Below the pieces are notes generated by a model, which searched no databases, had not been told where the DNA came from, and saw only the letters and a list, made by a program, of their open reading frames with translations. A stretch of 64,000 bases of DNA from an uncultured Bacteroidales bacterium (GTDB taxonomy: Bacteria > Bacteroidota > Bacteroidia > Bacteroidales > P3): NCBI GenBank assembly GCA_900320975.1, contig ONUE01000001.1, positions 862 through 64,861 of the forward strand, given 5' to 3'. The translations under genes and the position numbers were made by a program. Position 1 is the stretch's first letter. Each line of letters begins with the position of its first letter. Below are positions 11,639-20,901 of this stretch, one piece after another.

Positions 11639-12129
11639 TGCCAAAGTGGAGAGTTGAGAAAGGAGAGTGGAGAACGCTGGCGGAACAACGTGCAGCAGCC
11701 TACCGCCTGCTGGGAGAACTGGTGGGCGGTAGTATCACCGTTGAGCATGATGCTCATGGAGCTCCTTTCTTACCCTCTCATCCTGGTATTTATATAAGCA
11801 TAAGTCATTGTAGTGGTGCAGTTGCAGTGGCTGTGAGCAATGATGTTGTAGTCGGTATCGATATTGAGAGACGTCGCAAAGTAAGCGAAGGCCTTATGGA
11901 GCGAGTCTGTACACCGCAAGAACTTGAGTCAATACATTCCAGCGCTGATCCTACGATGCAGTTTCTTCGTTTCTGGACATGCAAAGAGGCTGTGCTTAAA
12001 ATGCGCCGTACAGGCATACGAGGTTTCGGCAGCATGATAGAAGCTTCCTCCTCCACCGATTGTACCGTGGAACAGATAGACTGTGGCAGCAACGATATTG
12101 TAGCTGCTGTGGCAATTGCTAAGATCTGA
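11635..12129 (+). CDS. 4'-phosphopantetheinyl transferase (Sfp-type)
   Basis: 164 aa. Motifs GAPFLP...ISISHC, VGIDIE and FWTCKEAVLKM are typical of the PPTase superfamily. Start ATG overlaps the DUF3467 stop (ATGA). Confidence 0.8.
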   Translation: MMPKWRVEKGEWRTLAEQRAAAYRLLGELVGGSITVEHDAHGAPFLPSHPGIYISISHCSGAVAVAVSNDVVVGIDIERRRKVSEGLMERVCTPQELESIHSSADPTMQFLRFWTCKEAVLKMRRTGIRGFGSMIEASSSTDCTVEQIDCGSNDIVAAVAIAKI

Positions 12130-12664
12130 TGATAGTTTGACTGCCGTCAATGTTGATTTTCACAATGCGGCTACCCTGTGTCTCACCGCTAAGGAATTCT
12201 TCCAATGGTGGCACACAATAATCAATACGTTTCTTTAATTCCTCATCTATTTCTGTGTAGCTGCAGGGTGATGGCTGGCCGGAAAAGTTTGCCGACGTGC
12301 TGACTATTGGTGCGCCGAGGCGACGTATTATTTCTCGGCAGAAATGATGGTTAGGAACCCGTATGCCCAAAGAACCGTCGGCAGCGGGTAGATTATCAGC
12401 AATGGCATTTCCAAGTAGAGGTTGCCATTTCTCGCGGGGTAGGATGTATGTTGTAGGCCTTTCGCCAAGTGCCACACTCCACGCCTCGTTTTCCACGAGC
12501 AGGAGCATGCTTTTGCTGTGGTCACGTTCTTTGATGGCATATATCCTTTCTACGGCAGCCCCATTGCGGGCGTCGCAACCAATGCCCCATATGGTGTCGG
12601 TGGGGTAGAGGATAGTTCCTCCCGAGAGCAATGTCGCTACAGCCGTATCTATGATATCTTTCAT
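12119..12664 (-). CDS. tsaC: L-threonylcarbamoyladenylate synthase (YrdC/Sua5 domain, TsaC-type)
   Basis: YrdC-domain motifs (GGTILYPTDTIWGIGCDA, IVSTSANFSGQPSP). Start trimmed from 12697 to the MKDIIDT methionine at 12664. 3' end overlaps the convergent PPTase gene by 11 nt. Confidence 0.85.
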   Translation of the reverse strand: MKDIIDTAVATLLSGGTILYPTDTIWGIGCDARNGAAVERIYAIKERDHSKSMLLLVENEAWSVALGERPTTYILPREKWQPLLGNAIADNLPAADGSLGIRVPNHHFCREIIRRLGAPIVSTSANFSGQPSPCSYTEIDEELKKRIDYCVPPLEEFLSGETQGSRIVKINIDGSQTIIRS

Positions 12665-12724
12665 AATCAGGATGCAAAAATACAAAAAAAATACCACTTG
12701 CTTGGCAGTGTCAGTTTTTTTTTG

Positions 12725-12732
12725 TACCTTTG
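12725..12732 (+). promoter_or_regulatory. Bacteroidetes -7 promoter box (TACCTTTG) upstream of the POT transporter
   Basis: Matches the TAnnTTTG consensus of Bacteroidetes sigma-A promoters, ~70 nt upstream of the ATG at 12803. I saw no clean -33 TTTG. Confidence 0.4.
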
Positions 12733-12802
12733 CACATTAATTGTTCAATAGGGCTACTATTAAAATCAGTTAAATAATTTATAAATCAAAACATTACACA
12801 TT

Positions 12803-14404
12803 ATGTTCAAAGGACATCCTAAAGGTCTTATCGCAGCAGCATTGAGTAATATGGGTGAGCGTTTCGGCTACTATATTATGAATGCTGTTCTGCTGTTGTT
12901 CCTGTGCTCTAAGTTTGGCATCTCGGACAACGTCGCGGCCATTATTTATGCCGTGTTCTATTTTGCTATCTATGTACTGTCTCTGCCTGGCGGTATCATT
13001 GCCGACAAGATGCAGAATTACAAGGGTACTATCATGGCCGGTCTCCTGACCATGGCTGTGGGTTATGTAGTACTTTCCATTCCTTTGCTGGGCAATATCG
13101 TTGACCCGTCGGCAAAGACAGGTATCCTGGTGCTTACCTGCGTAGCCCTGTTTGTTATCGCCTTCGGTAATGGTCTGTTTAAGGGTAATCTCCAGGCTCT
13201 TGTGGGCCAGATGTACGACAACCTCGAAGCAGAGGCTGCCAAGAAGGGTCCTGAAGCTCTTGCTGAAGCCAAAAGCAAGCGTGATCCTGGCTTCCAGATT
13301 TTCTATGTGTTCATCAACATTGGTGGCGTCATTGCCCCGTTTGTGGCCCCCTCGCTGCGCCAGTGGTGGCTCGGCCTCAAGGGCATGACATACAATTCTG
13401 ACCTTCCCGCTCTTTGCCATCAGTACCTTGCCGATCCTGCCGCCATGACGACGGAGCAGATGGCCAGTCTCAACACCCTTATGGAACAGGTGAATCATGG
13501 TGGTCTTAATCTGGCTGACATGCAGGCCTCCTGCGTCAGCTACCTTGAGGTCTTCAACACCGGTGTTCACTACAGCTTCATCGCCTCTGTGGCTGCCATG
13601 CTCATCTCCCTCATCATCTTCCTCTGCACCAAGAAGGGCATGCCCGAACCTCAAAAGAAAGCTGCTGTCAGCACTGCCGACCACGAGAAGGCTGTCGACA
13701 ACATGAGTCGCGAGGAGCGCGAGGCTGCCGCCAAGGAAATCAAGCAGCGTATGGCCGGACTCTATGCTGTGCTTGGCGTCTGCGTCTTCTTCTGGATGGC
13801 TTTCCACCAGAATGGCCAGTCGCTCTCTCTGTTTGCCCGTAACTTTGTCAACTCTGACAGCGTGGCTCCCGAGGTGTGGCAGTTCCTCAACCCTGCCCTA
13901 GTCATCCTCCTCACGCCGGTCATCATGTGGCTCTTTGGCACACCCTGGGGCCGTAAGTTCAGCACCCCGCGCAAGATAGCCCTGGGTATGGGCTTTGTTG
14001 TCTGCGCCTACCTTTTCCTCACCATTCTCTGCGCCCTCATCGGCTACCCCAACGGCACCGACTATCTGGCACAGGATGTCAGCACGCGTTTGCCCAAGAG
14101 TGGCGCCTGGGTGCTCATTGTTACCTACTTCTTCCTCACTGTCGCCGAGCTCTTCATCAGCCCGCTGGGTCTGAGCTTCGTGTCCAAGATTGCCCCCAAA
14201 CATATCCAGGGTATTTGCCAGGGCTTGTGGCTCAGCGCTACTGCCATCGGCAACCTGCTTATCATGGTTGGCCCGTTCCTTTTCAACACTCTGCCCAACC
14301 TGTGGATGTGCTGGCTGGTCTTCATGATCATCTCTTTGGTGGCCATGCTCATCATGTTTGGCATGCTCAAATGGCTTGAGAAGATCACTGCCGAGAAGCA
14401 GTAA
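12803..14404 (+). CDS. Proton-dependent oligopeptide transporter (POT/PTR2 family MFS)
   Basis: 533 aa, multi-pass hydrophobic. N-terminal GHPKGL...MGERFGYYIMNAVLLLFL is the POT signature region. Confidence 0.88.
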   Translation: MFKGHPKGLIAAALSNMGERFGYYIMNAVLLLFLCSKFGISDNVAAIIYAVFYFAIYVLSLPGGIIADKMQNYKGTIMAGLLTMAVGYVVLSIPLLGNIVDPSAKTGILVLTCVALFVIAFGNGLFKGNLQALVGQMYDNLEAEAAKKGPEALAEAKSKRDPGFQIFYVFINIGGVIAPFVAPSLRQWWLGLKGMTYNSDLPALCHQYLADPAAMTTEQMASLNTLMEQVNHGGLNLADMQASCVSYLEVFNTGVHYSFIASVAAMLISLIIFLCTKKGMPEPQKKAAVSTADHEKAVDNMSREEREAAAKEIKQRMAGLYAVLGVCVFFWMAFHQNGQSLSLFARNFVNSDSVAPEVWQFLNPALVILLTPVIMWLFGTPWGRKFSTPRKIALGMGFVVCAYLFLTILCALIGYPNGTDYLAQDVSTRLPKSGAWVLIVTYFFLTVAELFISPLGLSFVSKIAPKHIQGICQGLWLSATAIGNLLIMVGPFLFNTLPNLWMCWLVFMIISLVAMLIMFGMLKWLEKITAEKQ

Positions 14405-14420
14405 TGCGACATGCATAGCA

Positions 14421-14460
14421 AAAGAGAAGCCCCGAGCGATTGCTCGGGGCTTCTCTTTTT
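14421..14460. terminator. Bidirectional terminator hairpin between the POT gene and rpsU
   Basis: AAAGAGAAGCCCCGAGC-gatt-GCTCGGGGCTTCTCTTT, a perfect long stem flanked by A and T runs, between convergent genes. Confidence 0.8.
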
Positions 14461-14501
14461 CAATGGCGTTGCTCCGTGTTCGGAACTCTCAGGCTCGTGG
14501 A

Positions 14502-14699
14502 TTACATGTCGAGCTCTTGCTGACGCAGGTGCTGCACGTAGATGGCCTTGAGGCGCTTCTCGCGGTTAATGACGCTGGGTTTGGTGAACTGCTGACGACG
14601 ACGCATCTCTTTCACCACACCGGTCTTGTCGAATTTGCGCTTCAGTTTCTTAAGAGCTCTCTCAAGGTTCTCACCTTCTTTGATAGGAACTACGATCAT
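14502..14699 (-). CDS. rpsU: 30S ribosomal protein bS21
   Basis: 65 aa, basic. LERALKKLKRKFDKTGVVKEMRRRQQFTKPS is typical of S21. Confidence 0.93.
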   Translation of the reverse strand: MIVVPIKEGENLERALKKLKRKFDKTGVVKEMRRRQQFTKPSVINREKRLKAIYVQHLRQQELDM

Positions 14700-14761
14700 T
14701 GCTAATACCTCTTTCTTTGTTAAAGGTTAATAATTGATTTATTTAAGACTCTTTGTCTTCT

Positions 14762-15001
14762 TTAGAACATCAGGTGTCCCTGGGCGGCGGCGTCATTCAG
14801 AGCGGCGATGATACCTTTCTTGTTGATAATGCGCATACCTTTGGCGGACACTTTCAGGGTAATCCACATATCCTCTTCGGGAATGTAGAATTTCTTGGTC
14901 TGCAGGTTGGGGGCGAAGGTGCGTTTGGTGTGGATTCGGGAGTGCGACACATTGTTGCCCACGATTACTTTCTTACCGGTGATTTCACATTTCTTTGACA
15001 T
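14762..15001 (-). CDS. rpmB: 50S ribosomal protein bL28
   Basis: 79 aa. The MSKKCEITGKKVIVGNNVSHSRIHTKRTFAPNL pattern is the L28 N-terminus. Confidence 0.9.
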   Translation of the reverse strand: MSKKCEITGKKVIVGNNVSHSRIHTKRTFAPNLQTKKFYIPEEDMWITLKVSAKGMRIINKKGIIAALNDAAAQGHLMF

Positions 15002-15066
15002 TTCTCTATATTTTTTTGTTGTTATTTACTTGTTTTATTCCACCCACCTTTGGGCGAAAACGGGTG

Positions 15067-15074
15067 CAAAAGTA
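15067..15074 (-). promoter_or_regulatory. -7 promoter box (TACTTTTG on the minus strand) upstream of rpmB-rpsU
   Basis: Plus-strand CAAAAGTA is the reverse complement of TAnnTTTG, ~65 nt upstream of the rpmB ATG. Confidence 0.4.
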
Positions 15075-15325
15075 CTACCTTTTTCCAATATGGCAAAATG
15101 TTTCGTTGTTCAAAAACATCGTTTTAAGTTTATTTAACATTCTTGTATTTGTATTATATTGTATGTCAATCCTATATCAATATTATACTTTTGTCATTTA
15201 ACATACTTTTCCCAGTCACTTATGTGTTCAAAAATGGCGTTTGTGAATATCTTTATTTGGCCATTTTTGCGTTTTTTAGTATTTTCGCACTCCGTTTTTG
15301 AATTGACATCAACATTTATTAGATT

Positions 15326-15757
15326 ATGACTGGAGTAAACAAAGTTATCCTTGTAGGTAATGTAGGTAAGAATCCCGATGTGGTGACATTCCCATCCGAA
15401 GGCGCGGCCCCCGTGAAGAAAGCTTCTTTCCCTTTGGCAACTACCGAGTACCGCCGCAGTCGCGACAACGAGCGCGTTGAAATCACTGAATGGCACAATG
15501 TGGTGTGCTGGCGCGGCTTGGCCGATGTGGCCGAGCGCATCCTCGCCAAAGGTGCCCAGATATATGTTGAAGGACGACTGCAGAGCCGTACTTGGGAGGA
15601 CAAGGAAGGCAACAAGCGTCACGTTACCGAGGTGGTGGCCGACAATCTCCTTCTGCTCTCAAACCGCCAACGCCCCGAAGGCGAGAACAATCGCAACAAC
15701 CCCCTTATCGACATCCTGAACCAGGACACCGAGCCCGTCGGCGACCTCCCGTTCTAG
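15326..15757 (+). CDS. ssb: Single-stranded DNA-binding protein
   Basis: 143 aa. OB-fold N-terminus (NKVILVGNVGKNPDV...TEWHNVVCWRGLAD...IYVEGRLQSRTWEDKEGNKR) and acidic C-terminal tip ending DLPF. Confidence 0.93.
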   Translation: MTGVNKVILVGNVGKNPDVVTFPSEGAAPVKKASFPLATTEYRRSRDNERVEITEWHNVVCWRGLADVAERILAKGAQIYVEGRLQSRTWEDKEGNKRHVTEVVADNLLLLSNRQRPEGENNRNNPLIDILNQDTEPVGDLPF

Positions 15758-15777
15758 TTGTCTGCAGCCGCTCTGTA

Positions 15778-17085
15778 TTAGAAGCCAGGCTTGCCGAGTA
15801 GGTGGAACATGTTCTTCTTGTATGCCTCTACTCCTGGCTGGTCAAATGGGTTGATACCGAGTGTATAGCCGCTTACGCCACAGGCGAACTCAAAGAAATA
15901 GATGAGTTGGCCTATGGTGTATTCATCTATCTTTGGCACTGTAATCTCAACCACGGGGACACCTCCCGAAACGTGTGCCGCTATGGTACCTTCTGCCGCA
16001 CAGTCGTTGATCTCGGTCAATGATTTGCTGGTAAGGTAGTTTATGCCGTCCAGGTTGCGCTCATCAGTGGGCACAGGCACAGTGGCGTTAGGTTTGCTCA
16101 CACGCAGCATGGTCTCCATCATCATGCGTTCGCCATCCTGCACATACTGGCCCATTGAGTGAAGGTCGGTAGTGATGGTGATGCTGTGCGGCAGCAGTCC
16201 TTTGTGCTCTTTGCCTTCGCTCTCGCCGTAGAGCTGTTTCCACCACTCTGCCACATAGCGCATATTGAGCTGGCATCCAACAAGCATCTCCACCTTGATA
16301 CCTTTACGGTAAAGGGCGTTGCGTACTGCGGCGTACAGCAGTGTGGGGTTACCTTCGAGGGTGTTGTCCTCAAGGCATACGCGGCGCATGTCGCGTGCAC
16401 CTTGCAGCAGGCGGTCGATATCGTATCCGGCCATGGCGATAGGCAGCAGTCCCACCGGGGTGAGCACAGAGTAGCGGCCACCCACATTGTCGGGTATCAC
16501 ATACATGGGATATCCCTCCTGCATGGCAATCTCGTGCAGCGCGCCACGCTTGGCATCGGTGATGGCCACAATGCGCTTCTGTGCTTCGTCGTGACCGTAT
16601 TTCTTCTCCATGTGTGCTTTTACAATGCGGAAAGCCACGGCAGGCTCTGTCGTGGTGCCACTCTTCGAGATGACGCAGGTGGTGTAGTCTACTTTGTCAA
16701 GCAGACTCAACAGCTGTGCGTAGTAGTCCTCGCCCAGCGTGTGGCCGGCATAGACAATGAAAGGTTTGTCGCCGAGGTTCATGGCGGCAAACTCGGACTG
16801 CAGGGCCTCGATGACCATGCGGGCGCCGAGGTATGAGCCGCCGATGCCCACAACCACCATCACTTTGCTTTTCTTCTGCAGTCGCTGCACATCTTCTTTC
16901 AGGCGGCGCAGCATCTCTCCGTCTATCTCTTCGGGCAGGTTCACCCAGCCGAGGAAGTCGTTTCCAGCGGCATCACCCTTCGCCAGATGCTCACGTGCCG
17001 CTAAAACCTCGGGCAGCAGGGCGTCGATATCACCCTTTTTCATGTAGTTGAATACATGTTCGACATTAACTTTCAGAGTGTCCAT
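15778..17085 (-). CDS. pgi: Glucose-6-phosphate isomerase
   Basis: PGI motifs (VVVGIGGSYLGARMV, ISKSGTTTEP, GGRYSVL). Start trimmed to the MDTLKVN methionine at 17085. Confidence 0.93.
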   Translation of the reverse strand: MDTLKVNVEHVFNYMKKGDIDALLPEVLAAREHLAKGDAAGNDFLGWVNLPEEIDGEMLRRLKEDVQRLQKKSKVMVVVGIGGSYLGARMVIEALQSEFAAMNLGDKPFIVYAGHTLGEDYYAQLLSLLDKVDYTTCVISKSGTTTEPAVAFRIVKAHMEKKYGHDEAQKRIVAITDAKRGALHEIAMQEGYPMYVIPDNVGGRYSVLTPVGLLPIAMAGYDIDRLLQGARDMRRVCLEDNTLEGNPTLLYAAVRNALYRKGIKVEMLVGCQLNMRYVAEWWKQLYGESEGKEHKGLLPHSITITTDLHSMGQYVQDGERMMMETMLRVSKPNATVPVPTDERNLDGINYLTSKSLTEINDCAAEGTIAAHVSGGVPVVEITVPKIDEYTIGQLIYFFEFACGVSGYTLGINPFDQPGVEAYKKNMFHLLGKPGF

Positions 17086-17231
17086 TTTTATTGCTTTTGT
17101 GTTGATATTTTGTTGATATTTTGGTATTAAAATCATGCTTTTCTATGGAAATATTACATCGTAAGTGCAATATTTTCTTCATATTAACGCAAATGTTAGA
17201 AAAATATTTTTCATAAATGAGAAATTATTCG

Positions 17232-17239
17232 TAATTTTG
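17232..17239 (+). promoter_or_regulatory. -7 promoter box (TAATTTTG) upstream of the OmpA-family gene
   Basis: Exact TAnnTTTG match, ~55 nt upstream of the ATG at 17295. Confidence 0.45.
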
Positions 17240-17294
17240 CAATTCGTTAATGCATAGGAATATCATAAAGAATAATAAATAAACACGTACTGAT

Positions 17295-18557
17295 ATGATG
17301 AAGAACTTTATCAAAGTTGCAATGGTTATGTCGCTCATCGTGACATCCATGAATGCATTTGCCCAGAACAACGGCAAGCCGGAGTATCCGCGCTATGGCT
17401 TCTGGAGCAACTGGTCGATCGGTGCATCGATTGACCTCAACAATCAGGCCCGTATGGGCGGTTTCAGTTTCGGCGACAAGTGGCTCGTTTCCACCAACGC
17501 CGGTATGGACATCTTCGCTCAGCAGAAGCTGAACCACGCCTTTGACTGGCGTATCCGTTTCGGCTTCCCCAGCTTTGGCACTCCTCACTGGGGTGATGTC
17601 AAGGGTGCTGAGAATACCACGTATGCCATGGATCGCCATGCTACGCTGACTCTCGACATTCTGTGGTCCATCAACAACTCTATTCTGGGCTACGATCCTG
17701 ATCGCCGTCTCAACCTCTACATCTTCGCAGGTGGTGGCCTCGGCTTCAGCTTCAACGAGAAAGAGTCTGTCACCAACTACGGTGTTGTCGGAATCACCCT
17801 CGACGGTGGTCTCGGTGTGAGCTACCGCCTCGGCGATCCTCACCACATCTTCTTCGAGTATGGTTACGACATCAATGGTGACGCTCCCGCTCCCAGCACT
17901 TTCTTCAAGACCGACCTTCACCACACCAACCGTATCTTCCGCCTCGGTTACTACTACTGCTTCGGTGTGACCGCTGCCGACCAGGCCGTTGCCGCACAGA
18001 AGGCCATGCTGACCCAGGAGAACTTCGGTGCCCTGAACACTCAGGTCAACAACCTCGAGAACCAGGTCATCGCCACCCGCAACAACGAGAAGAAACTTGA
18101 GAATCGCATCGCCGAGCTCGAGGATCAGCTCGCCGAGGCTATGGCTAAGCAGGGCAAGGGCAACGGTGCTGCCGCTGACAGCCTCCAGGCCGTCATCGAC
18201 CAGATCAAGGCCGACCAGCTCACCTTCTACGCCATGCCTTTCTCCGTCCTCTATGCTGTCGACGACTGGAAGGTCTCTGACGAAGAGATGGAAAAGGTCA
18301 AAGCTGTCGCCCGTGTGCTGAAAGACAACAGCGATGTTAAGATCATGGTGGTTGGTTTCGCTGACTACAGCGGTAGCGACCAGTACAACATGAAGCTCTC
18401 CGAGAAGCGTGCCAACGAGGTGAAGCGCCTCCTCGTCAAGAAGTATGGCATCGCCGAGAGCCGCATCTCCACCGACTATAAGGGCAAGAGCATTGCCTTC
18501 GGCGACATCCAGTTCGGTCTTAACCGTCGCGTTAGCTTCTACCGTGTGATTGAATAG
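17295..18557 (+). CDS. OmpA-family outer membrane protein (barrel + coiled-coil linker + OmpA_C domain)
   Basis: 420 aa. Signal peptide ends NAFAQ. Aromatic-rich barrel region, coiled-coil (LENQVIATRNNEKKLENRIAELEDQLAEA), and C-terminal OmpA domain (GFADYSGSDQYNMKLSEKRANEV...NRRV). Confidence 0.88.
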   Translation: MMKNFIKVAMVMSLIVTSMNAFAQNNGKPEYPRYGFWSNWSIGASIDLNNQARMGGFSFGDKWLVSTNAGMDIFAQQKLNHAFDWRIRFGFPSFGTPHWGDVKGAENTTYAMDRHATLTLDILWSINNSILGYDPDRRLNLYIFAGGGLGFSFNEKESVTNYGVVGITLDGGLGVSYRLGDPHHIFFEYGYDINGDAPAPSTFFKTDLHHTNRIFRLGYYYCFGVTAADQAVAAQKAMLTQENFGALNTQVNNLENQVIATRNNEKKLENRIAELEDQLAEAMAKQGKGNGAAADSLQAVIDQIKADQLTFYAMPFSVLYAVDDWKVSDEEMEKVKAVARVLKDNSDVKIMVVGFADYSGSDQYNMKLSEKRANEVKRLLVKKYGIAESRISTDYKGKSIAFGDIQFGLNRRVSFYRVIE

Positions 18558-18578
18558 TATTAGTAAAACGACATAAGC

Positions 18579-18610
18579 AAAGGGGCTCCCAATCGGGGGC
18601 CCCTTTATTT
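18579..18610. terminator. Bidirectional terminator between convergent OmpA-family genes
   Basis: AAAGGGGC...GCCCCTTT hairpin followed by a T-run (TATTTT). Confidence 0.65.
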
Positions 18611-18628
18611 TATTGTATATATATAATA

Positions 18629-19774
18629 TCAGTCTGCCAGCACGCGGTATTCCACGCGGCGGTTGCGGCTGCGCCCTTCTGGCGTGTCGTTGCTCTCCAC
18701 CGGCATCGTCTTGCCGAAGCCTTTCGTCGTGAGCCGCTGCGGTTCTATGCCTTTGCCTATCAGGTATTCAGCCACTGCTCTGGCACGGGCCTCCGACAGC
18801 TTCATATTGAAGTCTGCGGTGCCTTGGTTGTCGGTGTGTCCGCGCAACTCTATGCGCATCTCCGGGTATGCCTGGAGGGTCTCCAGCAGGCGCTGCAGCT
18901 CGTTGTGCGACTGGGGAAGGATATCACTCTTGCTCGAGGCGAAGTATATGCCATACATCGTCCTCACCTCGCCGGCTTTGGGTGCGGCCTTTTTTATCGG
19001 GGATACGGCGGTTTCTGTCCGGTCGAGGGCCACCACGCTGACGTCATCAATATAGTAATAAGCCCCTTGCAGCACGGCGTTGGGGCTGTCGGTGTTCGTT
19101 ACGGCGCTGTGGTTGAAGTCGGCGAAGTTGCCTATCGTAAGGAACCGTTCGCCGCCCTCGGCTACAAATTCCCCACTCACTTCGTACCATATTTTGCTGT
19201 TTGCCAGTATGCTGTCTTTGGGATTTACTATCTGGGGCTGCAGGTATGTGGCTATGGCGACCTGCTCATTGCCCTCGTTCTCAAGGGTCTCGCGGTCCAT
19301 CAGTATATCCCACGATGTCGTGTCGGCGATCATCTCTTTTGTGAAGAGCGCCCCGATGGTAGCCACAGCATGCGGTGCCTTGTCGGCCAGACTGACCCAG
19401 AAGCTCACACGGTAGCGGCGACCGGCCTCCAGCGGCTGCTTTAATTCGGTTTGCAAGTATTCGCGGTAGTTGGCTTGCGAGCAGTATATACCGCAGTAAG
19501 CCTGGCCGTTATGTGCTGCCTGGTGCCCCATCTTGTTGCGCGGCACCGTGCAGTCGCGCGAGCCGCAGGCGTTGAAGTAGTCGCTGCTGCCCTTGGTGGG
19601 CTGCCACCAGGCCTCCACGTCTGTCATCACTCCCAGGGCGTCAATCTTCTGCGGACAGCGGAAATGCTCCTCGAATGAGGGGTTATACACCATGTTATCA
19701 GGTGCTTGTGCCTTGAGCGAGCCGCAGTGAAGCAGCATTGTCAAGGCCGCAACGGTTGTCCAACGTCGTATCAT
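18629..19774 (-). CDS. OmpA-domain protein with a non-barrel N-terminal domain
   Basis: C-terminal OmpA domain (LRGHTDNQGTADFNMKLSEARARAVAEYL...NRRVEYRV). Signal peptide MIRRWTTVAALTMLLHCGSLKAQA. Start placed at 19774, where ATGA overlaps the upstream glycosyltransferase stop. Confidence 0.8.
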   Translation of the reverse strand: MIRRWTTVAALTMLLHCGSLKAQAPDNMVYNPSFEEHFRCPQKIDALGVMTDVEAWWQPTKGSSDYFNACGSRDCTVPRNKMGHQAAHNGQAYCGIYCSQANYREYLQTELKQPLEAGRRYRVSFWVSLADKAPHAVATIGALFTKEMIADTTSWDILMDRETLENEGNEQVAIATYLQPQIVNPKDSILANSKIWYEVSGEFVAEGGERFLTIGNFADFNHSAVTNTDSPNAVLQGAYYYIDDVSVVALDRTETAVSPIKKAAPKAGEVRTMYGIYFASSKSDILPQSHNELQRLLETLQAYPEMRIELRGHTDNQGTADFNMKLSEARARAVAEYLIGKGIEPQRLTTKGFGKTMPVESNDTPEGRSRNRRVEYRVLAD

Positions 19775-20898
19775 TCTTGTCCTATGGTATGCATCATACT
19801 TGTCCACAGTAGGTTAGCAGTCCTGTCCCAACTGTAGAGTGTACGCTGTTTGCGCCCCTTCTCTATCAGCTCCTCACGCACGCCAGACTGCTGTATGTGT
19901 CTGATAGCATGTGCTATGTCATCTGCTGAGGTGGGGTCTATGTAAAGTACCGCATCGCCACCTACCTCGGGCATCGAGGTGGTGTTGGAGCAGATGACGG
20001 CTGTTTCGGCATACATAGCCTCCAGTATTGGGATGCCAAAGCCCTCAAAGTATGATGGATAGACTAGTGCTTCGGCTGCCGACATCAGGGCTGCAAGCTC
20101 GTCGGCATCCACGTGGCCGGGCATTATAACGTCTTCTTTATGCGCCATTTTGTCGTATGCTTCGGCCAATTCGTCCTGCCACCACACACGGCTACCCACC
20201 ACGATGAGCTTCAGAGTGCCTGGTTCCATGGTTTTTACGCGGTCGAATGCCGTGAGCAGGTTGGCCAGGTTCTTGCGCTTGAGGATGGTGCTTACGAAGA
20301 TGATGTAGTGGCATCCCTGCGCGAAGCGCTGCCGTGTCGCGGCCTTCTCATCCTCACTGTGGGGGCGGTAGCATGGGTGGGAGCCGTCGTACACCACATC
20401 GATCTTCTCCGGATTCACGCCGTAGGTCTCGGCGATGTCCTGTTTCGAGTATTCCGACACGGTGGCTACGCGTGTCGCGTTCTGCGCAAAGCGTCTGAAC
20501 CAGTGTGTCATGTACTTCTGGTGCGAGCCTTTGAGGTTGCCCGTGGCGTGCTCGAAGTTCAGGTCGTGTATTACCGTCAGTGTCGGCACCTTGGGGTGCA
20601 GCGGCATCATGCCGTCTGGCGACACGTAAAGGTCTATTCTATATTTCTTTAGCGCATAGGGTACGGCCCACTCGAAGAACATGTACCACAGTACTGGATG
20701 GCGCGCCTGCGGGCAGAGTACCACGGGCACTACATTGGGGCCGAAGAGGAACTCGGGGGCGGGCTTTCGGTCGAAGAGGAAATAGAAGGTGTGTTCGGGG
20801 TGCGCACACACTATGCGACGCATGGACTCCGCTGTGAACCAGCCTATTCCGTCCATTTTGCCCTTCAGCAGCAGGCGTGTGTTTACGGCGATGCGCAT
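19771..20898 (-). CDS. Glycosyltransferase, family 4-like (GT-B fold)
   Basis: 375 aa. The C-terminal EGFGIPILEAMYAETAVICSNTTSMPEVGGDA block is the GT1/GT4 'glycos_transf_1' signature. Confidence 0.85.
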   Translation of the reverse strand: MRIAVNTRLLLKGKMDGIGWFTAESMRRIVCAHPEHTFYFLFDRKPAPEFLFGPNVVPVVLCPQARHPVLWYMFFEWAVPYALKKYRIDLYVSPDGMMPLHPKVPTLTVIHDLNFEHATGNLKGSHQKYMTHWFRRFAQNATRVATVSEYSKQDIAETYGVNPEKIDVVYDGSHPCYRPHSEDEKAATRQRFAQGCHYIIFVSTILKRKNLANLLTAFDRVKTMEPGTLKLIVVGSRVWWQDELAEAYDKMAHKEDVIMPGHVDADELAALMSAAEALVYPSYFEGFGIPILEAMYAETAVICSNTTSMPEVGGDAVLYIDPTSADDIAHAIRHIQQSGVREELIEKGRKQRTLYSWDRTANLLWTSMMHTIGQE

Positions 20899-20901
20899 GA
20901 G

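Noticed and set aside
15778-17136. N-terminal extensions offered by the ORF track for pgi (to 17136), recA (to 39958), acpP (from 21906), the aminotransferase (from 40143), tsaC (to 12697), the OmpA-domain gene (to 19807) and the 38178 gene (to 38990).
   Set aside because: In each case family homology or a signal peptide begins at a downstream Met. The extension would also cross a predicted promoter or an upstream gene.
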